Assembly: GCA_050251875.1 (NCBI GenBank)
Contig: JBFWMA010000004.1
Coordinates: 1 to 64,000 of the forward strand
Length of the DNA stretch: 64,000 nucleotides
From: Deferribacterales bacterium
Lineage (GTDB): Bacteria; Chrysiogenota; Deferribacteres; Deferribacterales; Geovibrionaceae
Direction: 5' to 3'
This document shows, in pieces, positions 18,917-29,111 of this stretch. Under the pieces are notes generated by a model. It saw only the letters and a program-made list of their open reading frames with translations, was not told the DNA's origin and searched no databases. Numbering within the stretch: the first letter of the stretch is position 1; the number at the start of each line of letters is the position of its first letter. The position numbers were made by a program, and so were the translations under genes.

Positions 18917-20995
18917 ATGAAGCTGAACAGAATATACGATCCCTGCCGTATCTTTGCGGCGGGGGTCTTTTTGATTACAATATTTATATGCTCCTTTGCG
19001 TATGCCGCCGTGGGCACGGAGAGCGTCAGGGATTTTTTTCCGAAGGCGTCCGAACTGCCGGGCGGGTCTGAGCTGTGGCTGAACGGCGGGGTCAAGACCA
19101 AACACGAAAAGAACTACTCAGTCTATACCGCCAGCTACACATATTATTCCGGAAAAGCCGACAAACTGCTGAATATCAAGCGGAAAGCCAGCTACAAGAC
19201 GGATGTCGCCATCTATTCATACAACAGCTTTGTAGACGCTTCGGAGATGTTCCGCAGTCTCACCCTGAACGCTCCGAAAAAACGCTCCCAGATGGTGCGT
19301 TTCGGCGACATGGGGCAGTTTTTTCTTTTTCCGAAATCAGGTTACATAAACGATGCTGATTTCTATCTCGTTTTCATCAGCCGCACCTTCGTGGTGTGGA
19401 TACATTCCGATGACGGTTTCGCCATTATGGACGTGGCGAACCCCGTTAACGATTCCATCAAAAAATTTATAGCCGACAACCCAAAGCTGTATATGCTGAA
19501 ATCTCTGCATGTCACGGCGGAGGGGCAGGGGCTTAAACCCCAGACGAAAACACTGACTTTCACCGTGGATTATCCTTCTTCCATAGAGATTTCCGGCAGG
19601 GTCTTCGACAAGAGGATGAATCCTCTGCAAAATATCGCTGTGAGGATTCAGGAAACCGGAGACACCCTGACAACGGACAAGAAAGGCGTGTATAAAAAAG
19701 TGATAAATCTGGACGGCACGAAGGATATAGCGCTCTCCGCCAACTTTTATATGGAGGCAGTGAAGAGCTCCGGAGCTTTCGAAAGCGGTCTTCTGGAAAC
19801 AGTTCTGAAGAGCGAAGGGGCAGAGGACAGAACTCAGCTCTGGAAGCTGGAGAACGTTTCCGGAAAACTCACAGGCACGGCTTATGTGAAGACAGCTTCC
19901 GGATATTCCGGATATCCAGTCAGCGGAAAACTGACGAAGAACACTGACGTTACGCTCACTCTGGACTGTTCCAGAAAGGGGCTGGACTTTAAATGCGAGC
20001 AGAAATTCTCCGGACAGATGAAGGACGGAGCGATAACGGGAAGCTGGACAGGCACAGGCGGCGGCGGAACTTTCGTCAGCGATATGAAGGCGTATGTTCC
20101 GGTGAAGAGAAAGATAATCATCACGGATGATATAGCGGATATAGCGGCTTACAGAAGCGCAAAGGGCGGATACGCTCCGGTCAGCGAGCGTTTTCCCGTG
20201 ATATCGGCTTCCGACAAAGACAGCACGGTGCTGTATGTTAAGCCGGACACGAAGAGGCTGGGCATAGACGACATCAGGTTTATCAGCGCCAGGCTGGTTC
20301 TGACCCATCTGATGAAAGATCAGGCGGGAAACCTGTCTGTCTTCGCCTATGAACCGGTGATGAAAAACGGACTGCTGACTCTGGGCTCGGGCGGATACGC
20401 CGGACAGCTCTATGTCTCAGGCGAGCCGTATAAGGCGGAGTTCGACATCAGCGATATAATAACCGGAGGCGGTTTCGTTCTGGGCACGGTAAAAGAGACG
20501 GGCAACAGAGGCGTGCATAAATTCTCCGGAACAGCGGAAAAGTACGACACGCTGAAGCCTTATTTCGAGATAACCGAATACGCCGTGAAAGCGGGGAAAA
20601 AGGTCGAAAAACCTTTTGTGATGAACAGAGTGCCGAAGAAAGACGGCGACTGGCTGTCTGACAAAAACAGAGCGCAGAGAGACGGTATCGCTGATATGTG
20701 CTTCTCCGGCAGGTTTTTTCACCCTAAGGGCAGGCTGACGGATTTCACCCTGACTATCAGCGGATCGTCCAGGAAGGTGTACAATACCAATCCCCTTGAC
20801 ATTTATCCAATGGTAGGATTTATTAAGGACAACGAACTGCTGAACAGACATGACGGCAGTCTGGATATCACTCTCGGAGACGGCGCAGAAACCTATGACA
20901 TATGCGTCAGCGGGACATATGCCCCGGAGCAGGGCGAAAGGATATCATACAGATACATAGTTAATTCGAGCCTTTACGAGGGCTTCGCTGAATAG
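18917..20995 (+). CDS. Exported hypothetical protein (multi beta-domain; carboxypeptidase-regulatory-like segment)
   Basis: Signal peptide ending AYA; ISGRVFD...PLQNIAV...TTDKKGVY; abuts the ald stop codon. Confidence 0.7.
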   Translation: MKLNRIYDPCRIFAAGVFLITIFICSFAYAAVGTESVRDFFPKASELPGGSELWLNGGVKTKHEKNYSVYTASYTYYSGKADKLLNIKRKASYKTDVAIYSYNSFVDASEMFRSLTLNAPKKRSQMVRFGDMGQFFLFPKSGYINDADFYLVFISRTFVVWIHSDDGFAIMDVANPVNDSIKKFIADNPKLYMLKSLHVTAEGQGLKPQTKTLTFTVDYPSSIEISGRVFDKRMNPLQNIAVRIQETGDTLTTDKKGVYKKVINLDGTKDIALSANFYMEAVKSSGAFESGLLETVLKSEGAEDRTQLWKLENVSGKLTGTAYVKTASGYSGYPVSGKLTKNTDVTLTLDCSRKGLDFKCEQKFSGQMKDGAITGSWTGTGGGGTFVSDMKAYVPVKRKIIITDDIADIAAYRSAKGGYAPVSERFPVISASDKDSTVLYVKPDTKRLGIDDIRFISARLVLTHLMKDQAGNLSVFAYEPVMKNGLLTLGSGGYAGQLYVSGEPYKAEFDISDIITGGGFVLGTVKETGNRGVHKFSGTAEKYDTLKPYFEITEYAVKAGKKVEKPFVMNRVPKKDGDWLSDKNRAQRDGIADMCFSGRFFHPKGRLTDFTLTISGSSRKVYNTNPLDIYPMVGFIKDNELLNRHDGSLDITLGDGAETYDICVSGTYAPEQGERISYRYIVNSSLYEGFAE

Positions 20996-21004
20996 GAGAT
21001 ATTG

Positions 21005-21169
21005 ATGGAAGAGTACATCGGGCTGATAGTATTCATCGTTTTTGTGGTACTCATCAGCAGACTTAAGCCGGGGGCGGGCTGAGGCGCTATGGGCGACAGC
21101 TGTAGTATCGAGGATCGATACAAAAAACAAAAAAAAGATAAAAAAGAAAATGAAAAAGAGCAAAAATGA
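21005..21169 (+). CDS. Candidate small membrane selenoprotein, 54 aa with in-frame UGA at codon 26
   Basis: [33 protein letters not shown](TGA 21080-21082)[28 protein letters not shown]; final TGA overlaps the kdsA ATG; GTATCGA-GGA-TCGATAC hairpin at 21105-21121. Confidence 0.65.
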
Positions 21170-21969
21170 CAGATCTTTATAGTAAAATTAAAAACAGTTT
21201 CTTTCTGCTGGCGGGACCCTGCGTTATAGAGAATCAGGACATGATCCTGAGGATAGCCGACAAAGTTCAGAAGATCACTGACGAACTGGGCATCACCTAT
21301 ATTTTCAAGGCGTCCTTCGACAAGGCTAACAGAACATCCGTGTCCAGCTACAGAGGCGTGGGCATGGAGGAAGGACTGAAGATGCTGATGAAGGTGAAGA
21401 CCGAGACCGGGCTTCCCATCGTTACAGATATTCACGAGTCATATCAGGCGGCTGTGGTTGCCGAGGTGGCTGATATTCTTCAGATTCCGGCGTTTCTGTG
21501 CAGGCAGACCGATCTGCTGACAGCGGCGGCTGAGACCGGAAGGATAGTGAACATCAAGAAGGCACAGTTTCTCGCAGGGCACGACATGGCGCACCCCGTG
21601 AAGAAGGTGACAGACAGCGGCAACGCAAAAGTGATGCTGACTGAGCGGGGCACTATGATGGGATACGGAAATCTGGTGGTGGACTACCGAAATCTGGCGG
21701 ATATGGCGGATATAGGCTGTCCCGTGGTGATGGACGTGACCCACTCGGTTCAGAAACCGGGCGGTCTGGGCGGAAAGAGTGGCGGAGACAGAAAATATGT
21801 GCCTCTGCTGGCTAAAGCGGCGGCGGCGGCAGGAGTGGACGGGTTCTTCTTCGAGACGCACGAAGACCCCGACAACGCTCTGTCTGACGGACCCAACATG
21901 ATAAAACCCGATGCTCTGGGCGACCTGCTGAAAACTCTGCTGGATATCAGAGCGGCCGTAGGAAAGTGA
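21166..21969 (+). CDS. kdsA: 3-deoxy-8-phosphooctulonate (KDO8P) synthase
   Basis: [44 protein letters not shown]. Confidence 0.97.
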   Translation: MTDLYSKIKNSFFLLAGPCVIENQDMILRIADKVQKITDELGITYIFKASFDKANRTSVSSYRGVGMEEGLKMLMKVKTETGLPIVTDIHESYQAAVVAEVADILQIPAFLCRQTDLLTAAAETGRIVNIKKAQFLAGHDMAHPVKKVTDSGNAKVMLTERGTMMGYGNLVVDYRNLADMADIGCPVVMDVTHSVQKPGGLGGKSGGDRKYVPLLAKAAAAAGVDGFFFETHEDPDNALSDGPNMIKPDALGDLLKTLLDIRAAVGK

Positions 21970-23051
21970 AAGGGCTTTACGTTCACATCCCATTCTGTGT
22001 GAACAAGTGCGGATACTGCGGATTCTATTCCGAGGCCGGATCCGGTGAGCTGACACAGAAATATTTCGACTGTCTTATCAGAGACTTTCAGTTATTGAAC
22101 GAAAAAAATTACGACACATTATACATAGGCGGCGGGACACCATCACATGTTCCGCCTTTTTTACTGGCAACATTTCTGGAAAAAATCAGTGATATTCCTT
22201 TCAGAGAATCCACCATTGAGGCGAACCCCGAGAGCGTTTCGGATGATTTTCTGAGCGTGGTGGGGGATTTCGGCTTCACCCGTCTGAGCATGGGTTGCCA
22301 GAGCACGGACGATGGAGTGCTGAGGCTTCTGGGCAGAGCGCACACCTCCTCCGATGTTTTCAGAGCCTATGACCTCGCCCGGAAGAAGTGTCCGGATGCC
22401 GATATCAATCTGGACATGATATACGACATTCCGTCCGCTGAAAATTCCAAGGCGGAGAAGACGCTCGGCGATATAGTCTCTCTCTCGCCGGAACATGTCT
22501 CTGCATACAGCTACAGCTTTGACACGGGATATCTGGCGGATGAAAAACAGCATGAGGACTCTCTCTATCTGACGGTGAAGCACAGGCTTCAGAACGCCGG
22601 ATATCATAAATATGAGATATCCAATTTTGCCAGACCCGGACACGAGAGCCTGCACAATATAAATTACTGGATGATGGGGGACTATGACGGCATAGGTGCC
22701 TCCGCCTGGTCCATGAAAAGCTGTGACGGCAGAAGGGTTCTGCGGGGCAAGGCGTCAGATATGGGCGGATATACGGACAGTCCGGAATCATTTGCGTCTG
22801 AAGAGGTCACATCCGGAATTCAGCTTTTGTATGAAGATGTTGTTTTTGGGCTAAGGATGCTTGACGGTGTTGACATTTCGGGTTTAAATATAAAGTATGA
22901 TAAAGATGTAAGAAGCGTTATGAAAGAGCCTCTGAAACATCTGGAAAAAGAAGGTTTAGTGATATGGAACCTGGAAAAACTGCGTCTGACAGAAAAAGGC
23001 GAGCTTTTATTGGACTCTGTGCAGGAATATTTGTGGGGCTTTTTGCCCTGA
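21966..23051 (+). CDS. hemW: Radical SAM heme chaperone (HemW/HemN-like)
   Basis: [35 protein letters not shown]. Confidence 0.85.
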   Translation: MKGLYVHIPFCVNKCGYCGFYSEAGSGELTQKYFDCLIRDFQLLNEKNYDTLYIGGGTPSHVPPFLLATFLEKISDIPFRESTIEANPESVSDDFLSVVGDFGFTRLSMGCQSTDDGVLRLLGRAHTSSDVFRAYDLARKKCPDADINLDMIYDIPSAENSKAEKTLGDIVSLSPEHVSAYSYSFDTGYLADEKQHEDSLYLTVKHRLQNAGYHKYEISNFARPGHESLHNINYWMMGDYDGIGASAWSMKSCDGRRVLRGKASDMGGYTDSPESFASEEVTSGIQLLYEDVVFGLRMLDGVDISGLNIKYDKDVRSVMKEPLKHLEKEGLVIWNLEKLRLTEKGELLLDSVQEYLWGFLP

Positions 23052-23299
23052 CGGTTTATGCCGGGTGCGCCGGAGACTGCTACACCTGCCATCCGAAGCT
23101 GAAAGGTAACAAGGACCATCTGGTGCTGGGAACATGTATCCAGTGCCACAACCCCGCCAATCAGAAAATCCTGACTTTCGGCTCACAGGCGGAAGGCTGC
23201 GGGGACAACTGTTTCGAATGCCATAAAGAATGGCCCAAAGACGGAAACCACGCTCCGATGATCTCCTGTAAGGATTGTCACAAAAAATTTGAAAAATGA
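22964..23299 (+). CDS. Small tetraheme c-type cytochrome
   Basis: Four CxxCH (CYTCH, CIQCH, CFECH, CKDCH); N-terminal signal; AAGGT RBS; overlaps the hemW 3' end. Confidence 0.8.
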   Translation: MEPGKTASDRKRRAFIGLCAGIFVGLFALTVYAGCAGDCYTCHPKLKGNKDHLVLGTCIQCHNPANQKILTFGSQAEGCGDNCFECHKEWPKDGNHAPMISCKDCHKKFEK

Positions 23300-23365
23300 T
23301 TTCACAACTAAATTAAATTATGCTATATATCAATATATTGATTTTTGAATCTTAGGGGGTTTCTG

Positions 23366-23770
23366 ATGAGAGTATCATGGACCGACAGTCTGGCAAGCGG
23401 ACACGCTGTGATAGACAAACAGCACAAAGAACTGCTCAATCATATCAACTCATACTTCGAAAGTCTCGACAGGGTGTATGAGCACGAAGTAATCATAAAG
23501 ACTCTCAACTTTCTGGTAAAATATGTCAGATTTCATTTCGGCACCGAAGAGGAACTGATGAAACAGCATGTATATCCCGAGTTCAGACAGCACCTGGAAG
23601 CCCACAGAAAGCTCGTGGACGAGCTGATGATATGCTATAAGAAGCTGATATCAGACGGATACAGCGAAGAGATAGTGGAGAGGCTCAGGGTTCTTCTTCA
23701 GGAGTGGTTCGTGGACCATATCATGGTGAACGATCTTAAACTGACGAAATTTCTGAAAGAATTCAGCTGA
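23366..23770 (+). CDS. Bacteriohemerythrin
   Basis: W...GHAVIDKQHKEL, HFGTEEELM, HLEAH, WFVDHIMVND. Confidence 0.92.
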   Translation: MRVSWTDSLASGHAVIDKQHKELLNHINSYFESLDRVYEHEVIIKTLNFLVKYVRFHFGTEEELMKQHVYPEFRQHLEAHRKLVDELMICYKKLISDGYSEEIVERLRVLLQEWFVDHIMVNDLKLTKFLKEFS

Positions 23771-23777
23771 TATCCGC

Positions 23778-24992
23778 TTATTTCTTTTCCGCTGTTTCTG
23801 TTGACCTGATATAGTCGGTGAGCTGTTGTATCCTGTCGGCAGACAGCTTTCTTATGGATTCTGTTCCGCCCAGTCTTATCACGTTTTTGTATAATTCTAT
23901 GGATTCCTTATATTTTCCCAGCAAATCTTTGTTTCTTGCCATGGCGTACATATAGTACGGGTCGGCGGGAGATGCCGCAGACGCTTTGGCATATGAGCTT
24001 TCCGCATTTGTGTTGTTTCCCAGCGATTCCTGTATAAGTCCGGCGGTGTAGAATATTTGTCCGCTGTTCTGCATTCCGGAATATCTGGAGAGCAGATCCA
24101 GAGCGTATGAGCTCTGTCCCAGCCTGTTCAGTTCTGTGGCGGCGGAGCATATCACGGAGGCGTCAGCGCTCCTTTTATATTTTTCTATGGCGGGGATAAC
24201 CTCTTCTGTCATGCCGGCTCTTATTCTGGCGGAGAGCAGACCGGAGAGGGTGTATTTCGATTGTTTTTCGCTGAGCAGTCCGGAAAAAAGCTCTTCCGCT
24301 TTTCTGTAGTTTCCTGCGTCCAGCGCTTCTGATGCCTGAGCGAGTCGTGTATTATAGTCTATTTTATTGTCGTATTCCTGTTTTGCCCTGCCTGTAAGAA
24401 TGTTTGACGGGTTGCTGTGATATACGGGCGTCTGTGCGGGCTGATAGGCTGTCACATGGGGCTGCATGGCAGGAGTGAGCTGCGGCTGATCGTTCTGAGG
24501 CTGTGTAATTTGGGGCAGAGCCTGCTGCGGCTGAGCTGTCTGGGGTTCAGCCGTGTTCTGATGCTGGGGAGGCATCATGGATGTCATTTTATGATTTCCC
24601 GCCGGGTCGGCAGTCTGTGTGGACTGTTCGGCGCTTCTTTGTTTGTTTATCTCGGGCAGTCCCTGCATGGTTAAGAGCCTCTGGCGGTTTGCCGCCGTGG
24701 GATCATACTGCGGTCCCGGTTCTATTTCGTTCTGAACAGTCTGTTCCGGCTGCGGCTGAGCGGGCGTAGTCTGTGTTTGTACCGGAGCGGGTCTCACCTG
24801 ATATTTACTGCTGCCGTCAGGCAGAAAGAATGTAGCCAGAAAAACCAGCGCAGAGAAAATTAATATTCCCAGAAGGAGTTTGCTCGATTTTGATGATGAC
24901 GCCGGAGACAGATTAAGCAGGCTCGGGGGAACCGATGATCTGGATACGGCAGGTTTTGTTATCTTTTTCAGGCTGTCGATTATAAGGCTCAT
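23778..24992 (-). CDS. TPR protein with Pro/Gln-rich linker (MshN-like)
   Basis: MSLIIDSLKK start, TM helix, PQ-rich linker, C-terminal TPRs; follows the secretin gene. Confidence 0.7.
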   Translation of the reverse strand: MSLIIDSLKKITKPAVSRSSVPPSLLNLSPASSSKSSKLLLGILIFSALVFLATFFLPDGSSKYQVRPAPVQTQTTPAQPQPEQTVQNEIEPGPQYDPTAANRQRLLTMQGLPEINKQRSAEQSTQTADPAGNHKMTSMMPPQHQNTAEPQTAQPQQALPQITQPQNDQPQLTPAMQPHVTAYQPAQTPVYHSNPSNILTGRAKQEYDNKIDYNTRLAQASEALDAGNYRKAEELFSGLLSEKQSKYTLSGLLSARIRAGMTEEVIPAIEKYKRSADASVICSAATELNRLGQSSYALDLLSRYSGMQNSGQIFYTAGLIQESLGNNTNAESSYAKASAASPADPYYMYAMARNKDLLGKYKESIELYKNVIRLGGTESIRKLSADRIQQLTDYIRSTETAEKK

Positions 24993-26662
24993 AACGACCC
25001 GTCTATAATTGTGGTGGTGAGAAAAATCACCAGCTCACGTTTTTCTGTTTTTTTAGCTTTACCTTTAAAGAGATTGCCCAGAACGGGAATATCTCCCAGA
25101 AAAGGAATTTTTTCTTCCATGGTGGTTTCCACGTTGCTGATCAGTCCGCCCATCACCACTGTGCTTCCGCTCTTCATGTTCAGCACTGTTCCAGCCTCTT
25201 TCATGTTCACTATCGGGTAGCTCGCCACTGTCTCGCCGTTGGCGTTGATAATGGTTTTCTCATCTTCCACATCGGAGAAGATGGGGACTATGTTCAGTGT
25301 CACCGTGCCGTCATCTTTTATGTGGGGTGTAACGCCCAGAATCAGACCGTCCAGCACCATCACTCTGTCGTATGTATAGGTGGTGGTTGTCACGCCGTCT
25401 GATGTTTCATCGTCTTTTGTCACTTCCCAGTAGGGCAGTAGCTGACCGGAGGAGATCATGGCGCTCTGTCCGTTCATAACTCTCAGCCTCGGGTTGCCCA
25501 CTGATTCCACCCTGCCCTGAGCCGCCATAAATGTGAGAAACTTGCTCACATTGCCGCCTGTTATGGTGCCTATGGGTGAGAGCCCGCCCAGAAGGGCGCT
25601 GTTGGCGTATCCCAGATTGAATGTGCCGGAATAGTCGCTCTGGAAGAGGTCGCCTGTCCAGTTGATGCCGTAGGCGCTGGAGTCGTTCAGAACCACTTCC
25701 ACCAGTCTGGCTTCTATGAGAACCTGTTTGTTGAGCTCTTTCAGAATCTCGGCGAGAAACTCCTCAATCTCTTTCATCTTGTCCGGAGTGGTGGTTACAC
25801 GGAGTATTCCGGTAAATATGTTATAGTTGTATCCCTGTGATCCTTTAAAATAGCTTCCGCCTGTTGTGGAGGCTTCCGTTGCGCCGGATTTAGCCGCGGA
25901 AGAGGACTGTTTGGATGTTGATGATGACTGGAGAGCCGGAACCTGGCTCATAACAGACTGAAGCGCTTCCTGAGTTCCGCCCTGCGCAGGCTGCTGAACC
26001 ACGGGGACGGGCGCTGTCTGTGTTTCAGAGTCAGCGGATTCGGGGAACATGATCGATCTGACGTGACCGATTATCTGGTTCTGTATGTCTCCTCTGTCCT
26101 TGTCGCTTTTATATTCCAGAGTATAGTCGCCGTGTATGAAGGTGTTTTCGTCACCGTTTGCTCCGAAGATGTCTCCGCCTATCAGCGATGACTGTGACGG
26201 AGTTGTTCTCACATACGGCATCTTGAACATTTTTGTTATGACTGATTTTATCTTAAGCGAGTTGCCGTCTATCACATAATATACCCCGGCGTTCTCTGTT
26301 ATGGCTTTCAGAGCGTCTCTGGCGGGCATGTGTTTCACTGTCAGGGTGAAGGGTTTGGACACGTTCACGTCCGGGCTGATGATAAGGTTGAGCCCTGCTT
26401 CCGCCGCTATCATGTAGAGTATGCTGGACAGCGACTGCTGAACGGAGTCTATGGAGATATATACGTTCTCCAGAGGGTCTGCCACTATGGCTGTCTGTTT
26501 CACGACAGGAGGCGGGGGAGGAGGCGTCACGCTGGGCTGGACGGGTGTCTCCGGCTGATTTTTCTGCGTGGACGGCATAACCTGTGTTTTCAGCTTTTCC
26601 ACGGAGGCGCATGACATGAGTGATATTGTCAGTAATACCGCTAATATTGAACGTAAAACCAT
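24989..26662 (-). CDS. Secretin lipoprotein (MshL/PilQ/GspD family)
   Basis: Lipobox LMSC; QVLIEARLVEV, GINW, NPRLRVMNGQSA, IPFLGDIPVLGNLFK, ELVIFL. Confidence 0.92.
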   Translation of the reverse strand: MVLRSILAVLLTISLMSCASVEKLKTQVMPSTQKNQPETPVQPSVTPPPPPPVVKQTAIVADPLENVYISIDSVQQSLSSILYMIAAEAGLNLIISPDVNVSKPFTLTVKHMPARDALKAITENAGVYYVIDGNSLKIKSVITKMFKMPYVRTTPSQSSLIGGDIFGANGDENTFIHGDYTLEYKSDKDRGDIQNQIIGHVRSIMFPESADSETQTAPVPVVQQPAQGGTQEALQSVMSQVPALQSSSTSKQSSSAAKSGATEASTTGGSYFKGSQGYNYNIFTGILRVTTTPDKMKEIEEFLAEILKELNKQVLIEARLVEVVLNDSSAYGINWTGDLFQSDYSGTFNLGYANSALLGGLSPIGTITGGNVSKFLTFMAAQGRVESVGNPRLRVMNGQSAMISSGQLLPYWEVTKDDETSDGVTTTTYTYDRVMVLDGLILGVTPHIKDDGTVTLNIVPIFSDVEDEKTIINANGETVASYPIVNMKEAGTVLNMKSGSTVVMGGLISNVETTMEEKIPFLGDIPVLGNLFKGKAKKTEKRELVIFLTTTIIDGSL

Positions 26663-27162
26663 TGCTTACCCCATTTTCCTTCTATTAGAACACAGCCGTC
26701 ACCGATGGCCGTAACTTTGTCTCCGTTAATAAAAACATCGCCGGGTCTGACGATAGCGCCGCCTATTACGGCGTATTTCTTCACTTTTCCGTTAAAAACG
26801 GACGAGGGGATATAAAGAGGCACGGAAAGCGTTTCCGCCGCTTCCTCCGTCTGAATATCGTTTTCCGCTGTCTGGTTGAACATGAGTCTCAGAAATCTTC
26901 CGTTGTCGAAAAGAGACAACCGGAACGACCGCAGGTCATAGCTGTTTTCTTTGTCTGTGAGTGATCTAATAAAATCTGCGTCATTCTTTTCTACATCCAG
27001 CCGGAAAGACGAGACGACAGCTGACAGTTTGTCTCTGTATGTGCTGTCCAGATAGGATTCTAACACAGGTTTCATGAAAAAAACACCCAAAAGCGCCGCC
27101 AGCGGGAGCGATACCTTCAGATAGTCCATCGCTGTCAGCATCTTAAGTTTTTCAAAAGACAT
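26641..27162 (-). CDS. Pilus accessory protein (MshK/GspB-like)
   Basis: One TM and a C-terminal YAVIGG.IVRPGD beta motif; operon position upstream of the secretin. Confidence 0.5.
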   Translation of the reverse strand: MSFEKLKMLTAMDYLKVSLPLAALLGVFFMKPVLESYLDSTYRDKLSAVVSSFRLDVEKNDADFIRSLTDKENSYDLRSFRLSLFDNGRFLRLMFNQTAENDIQTEEAAETLSVPLYIPSSVFNGKVKKYAVIGGAIVRPGDVFINGDKVTAIGDGCVLIEGKWGKQWFYVQY

Positions 27163-27670
27163 AGGTGCCTCCCACATACGGCTGTGTGAGCGTAATTTTG
27201 AAGGAGACTTCTTTACCTTTTTTTCCGCTGGTGAATGACATGGTTCTGATGTTGTAAACAGGCGACACGCTGGCGGAAAAATAATCCACTATAGCCGATA
27301 TGTCTCCAGGGGAGGCGGGAGTCACGCTGAATTCCATATCGATGGAGAGCCTGCTGTTTTCGTCCTTTATGCTGTCGGAGTATTTGCCTCCGTAGAGAGT
27401 TTTAATGTGTTCGGCGGTTTCTGCCAGAAACCTCTTCGCCTCCTGTTTTTCCATGTAAGGAGGGCTGACGGTTTCCATGAGTTTTTCCAGCTTCTGCGAG
27501 CTGTTTGTTATGTCCGATGTTCTGTATTTCGCTTCCTGGCGCAGGATGTCCATGGATGTCTGCTCGAGGCTTGCAGATATGCTGTTCAGCAATACGTTCA
27601 GCAGACCGAGAGAAAATATCAGCAGGGAGAAGACTATGGACAGCCTGTAGCTGGCTAGTATTTTTTTCAT
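27152..27670 (-). CDS. Pilus alignment protein (PilO/MshJ-like)
   Basis: N-terminal TM, coiled coil, small C-terminal alpha/beta domain; operon context. Confidence 0.5.
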   Translation of the reverse strand: MKKILASYRLSIVFSLLIFSLGLLNVLLNSISASLEQTSMDILRQEAKYRTSDITNSSQKLEKLMETVSPPYMEKQEAKRFLAETAEHIKTLYGGKYSDSIKDENSRLSIDMEFSVTPASPGDISAIVDYFSASVSPVYNIRTMSFTSGKKGKEVSFKITLTQPYVGGTYVF

Positions 27671-29061
27671 TGTCCGTTCCCCCCGCTGTTCTGCTTAAAG
27701 CGGAGATTGATAAGAGCGGACATGCTGGGCATATTAAAACTGCCGGAATCGCTCACTGTGTATTTAGAAGTGACGGCTTCTCTGGCGAGAAAGCCGGTTA
27801 TGGTATTTTTCATCTTTTCGGCCTCTTCCAGACTGCCGAATGTGAGCTTTCCGGTGACGGCTATTTCTGTTACGCCGTCCGGATTCTGATTAAAAGTCAC
27901 CGTTTCGAAATCAGCGGCGTTCAGCAGATCGGCGAAATCCGGATAGTTTCTGATGGAGTCTGATTCACCGGACTGGAGCAGTTTATAGTAGCTCAGATCA
28001 TATTTTTTGTCGTTCACTCTGCTCACAGTTTCGGAGTATTGTCCCCGTCTGTTTTTTATGACAGATGACTGGAACTCCACATCGTTTTCTGCTGTTTTCA
28101 GCCGGAAAGCGGAGGTGACCGTCATGAAAAACATCAGAAGCAGAATAACGCATGCCGCTGTGTTTCCATAGAAGAGCAGAGACCTCTTGGTCTGCTCCCT
28201 GACAATCTCCCTCGGGGTGAAGTTGTACGATTTGTCCAGAAGACACAGAGAGATAGGGACGATATATTCCTGAAACAGCTCATAGTTGCAGTTTTGAATG
28301 ACAGCCCAGGGTGTCAGTGTCGCCTGCGGCGTCTGGGAAAACTCAAAGAACATGGCGGACAGCTCCGGCATGTCTGTAAGCGAACCGGAGAGTATCACAT
28401 GGTCGAGCTTTAGGTGCATATTTTTAGTAACGAACATGTATGTAAGGTTCAGGTATTCGTAATAGCTGTTCATGCGGTCTTTTATGTCGTTGCCTATGAT
28501 GTTGCTTCTGGTGTAGAGGATCACGTCTCCCTGGCTGATGGTCACGCATATTTTGTCGCCGGAGGCGTATGCGTGGAAAACGGTTTCGTTGGGAAAATAT
28601 TTGACCGTCAGAGCGCACAGGGCAAAGTCCGTAAGGGTGAAGAGACTGATGTTCTGCTTCTGTTCCTCACTCAGCGCCTGCATTTCATAAAAAACGCTCT
28701 CCGGAGCGAGAAATACTCTGTATGGGATATTGCCCGCAGAATCCGGCTGAGAGTATATATTCTGCTTATATATCAGCATATAATCCGTATCGACAGCCAG
28801 CGAGTCCTTCAGTTTGTTCAGAGCGAGTGTGCGGAATGTTTTATATTCTTTTATAGGGGGGAGATTGAGTGTTTCGTCTATATAGTCATAGTAGTCAATG
28901 CCCGCATAAAGAGGCATGTTTTTTGAAAGGTGCTGAATATTCTCCGCGTCCGTGTTATAATGTTTCAGCAAAGTCAGTTTAGAACCCTTTTTTTCGACCA
29001 CAACAGACTTGGCGTGCATCTTTTCACGATGCTTGGAATACTCTGTGCTGAATATTTTCAT
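27667..29061 (-). CDS. Pilus alignment protein (PilM/PilN- or GspL-like)
   Basis: Large cytoplasmic domain, one TM, coiled coil and periplasmic domain; first gene of the secretin operon. Confidence 0.5.
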   Translation of the reverse strand: MKIFSTEYSKHREKMHAKSVVVEKKGSKLTLLKHYNTDAENIQHLSKNMPLYAGIDYYDYIDETLNLPPIKEYKTFRTLALNKLKDSLAVDTDYMLIYKQNIYSQPDSAGNIPYRVFLAPESVFYEMQALSEEQKQNISLFTLTDFALCALTVKYFPNETVFHAYASGDKICVTISQGDVILYTRSNIIGNDIKDRMNSYYEYLNLTYMFVTKNMHLKLDHVILSGSLTDMPELSAMFFEFSQTPQATLTPWAVIQNCNYELFQEYIVPISLCLLDKSYNFTPREIVREQTKRSLLFYGNTAACVILLLMFFMTVTSAFRLKTAENDVEFQSSVIKNRRGQYSETVSRVNDKKYDLSYYKLLQSGESDSIRNYPDFADLLNAADFETVTFNQNPDGVTEIAVTGKLTFGSLEEAEKMKNTITGFLAREAVTSKYTVSDSGSFNMPSMSALINLRFKQNSGGNGQ

Positions 29062-29111
29062 AAATAACAATACAATATTTGACAGAGGTTATTCAAGAGA
29101 ATTTATATAAT

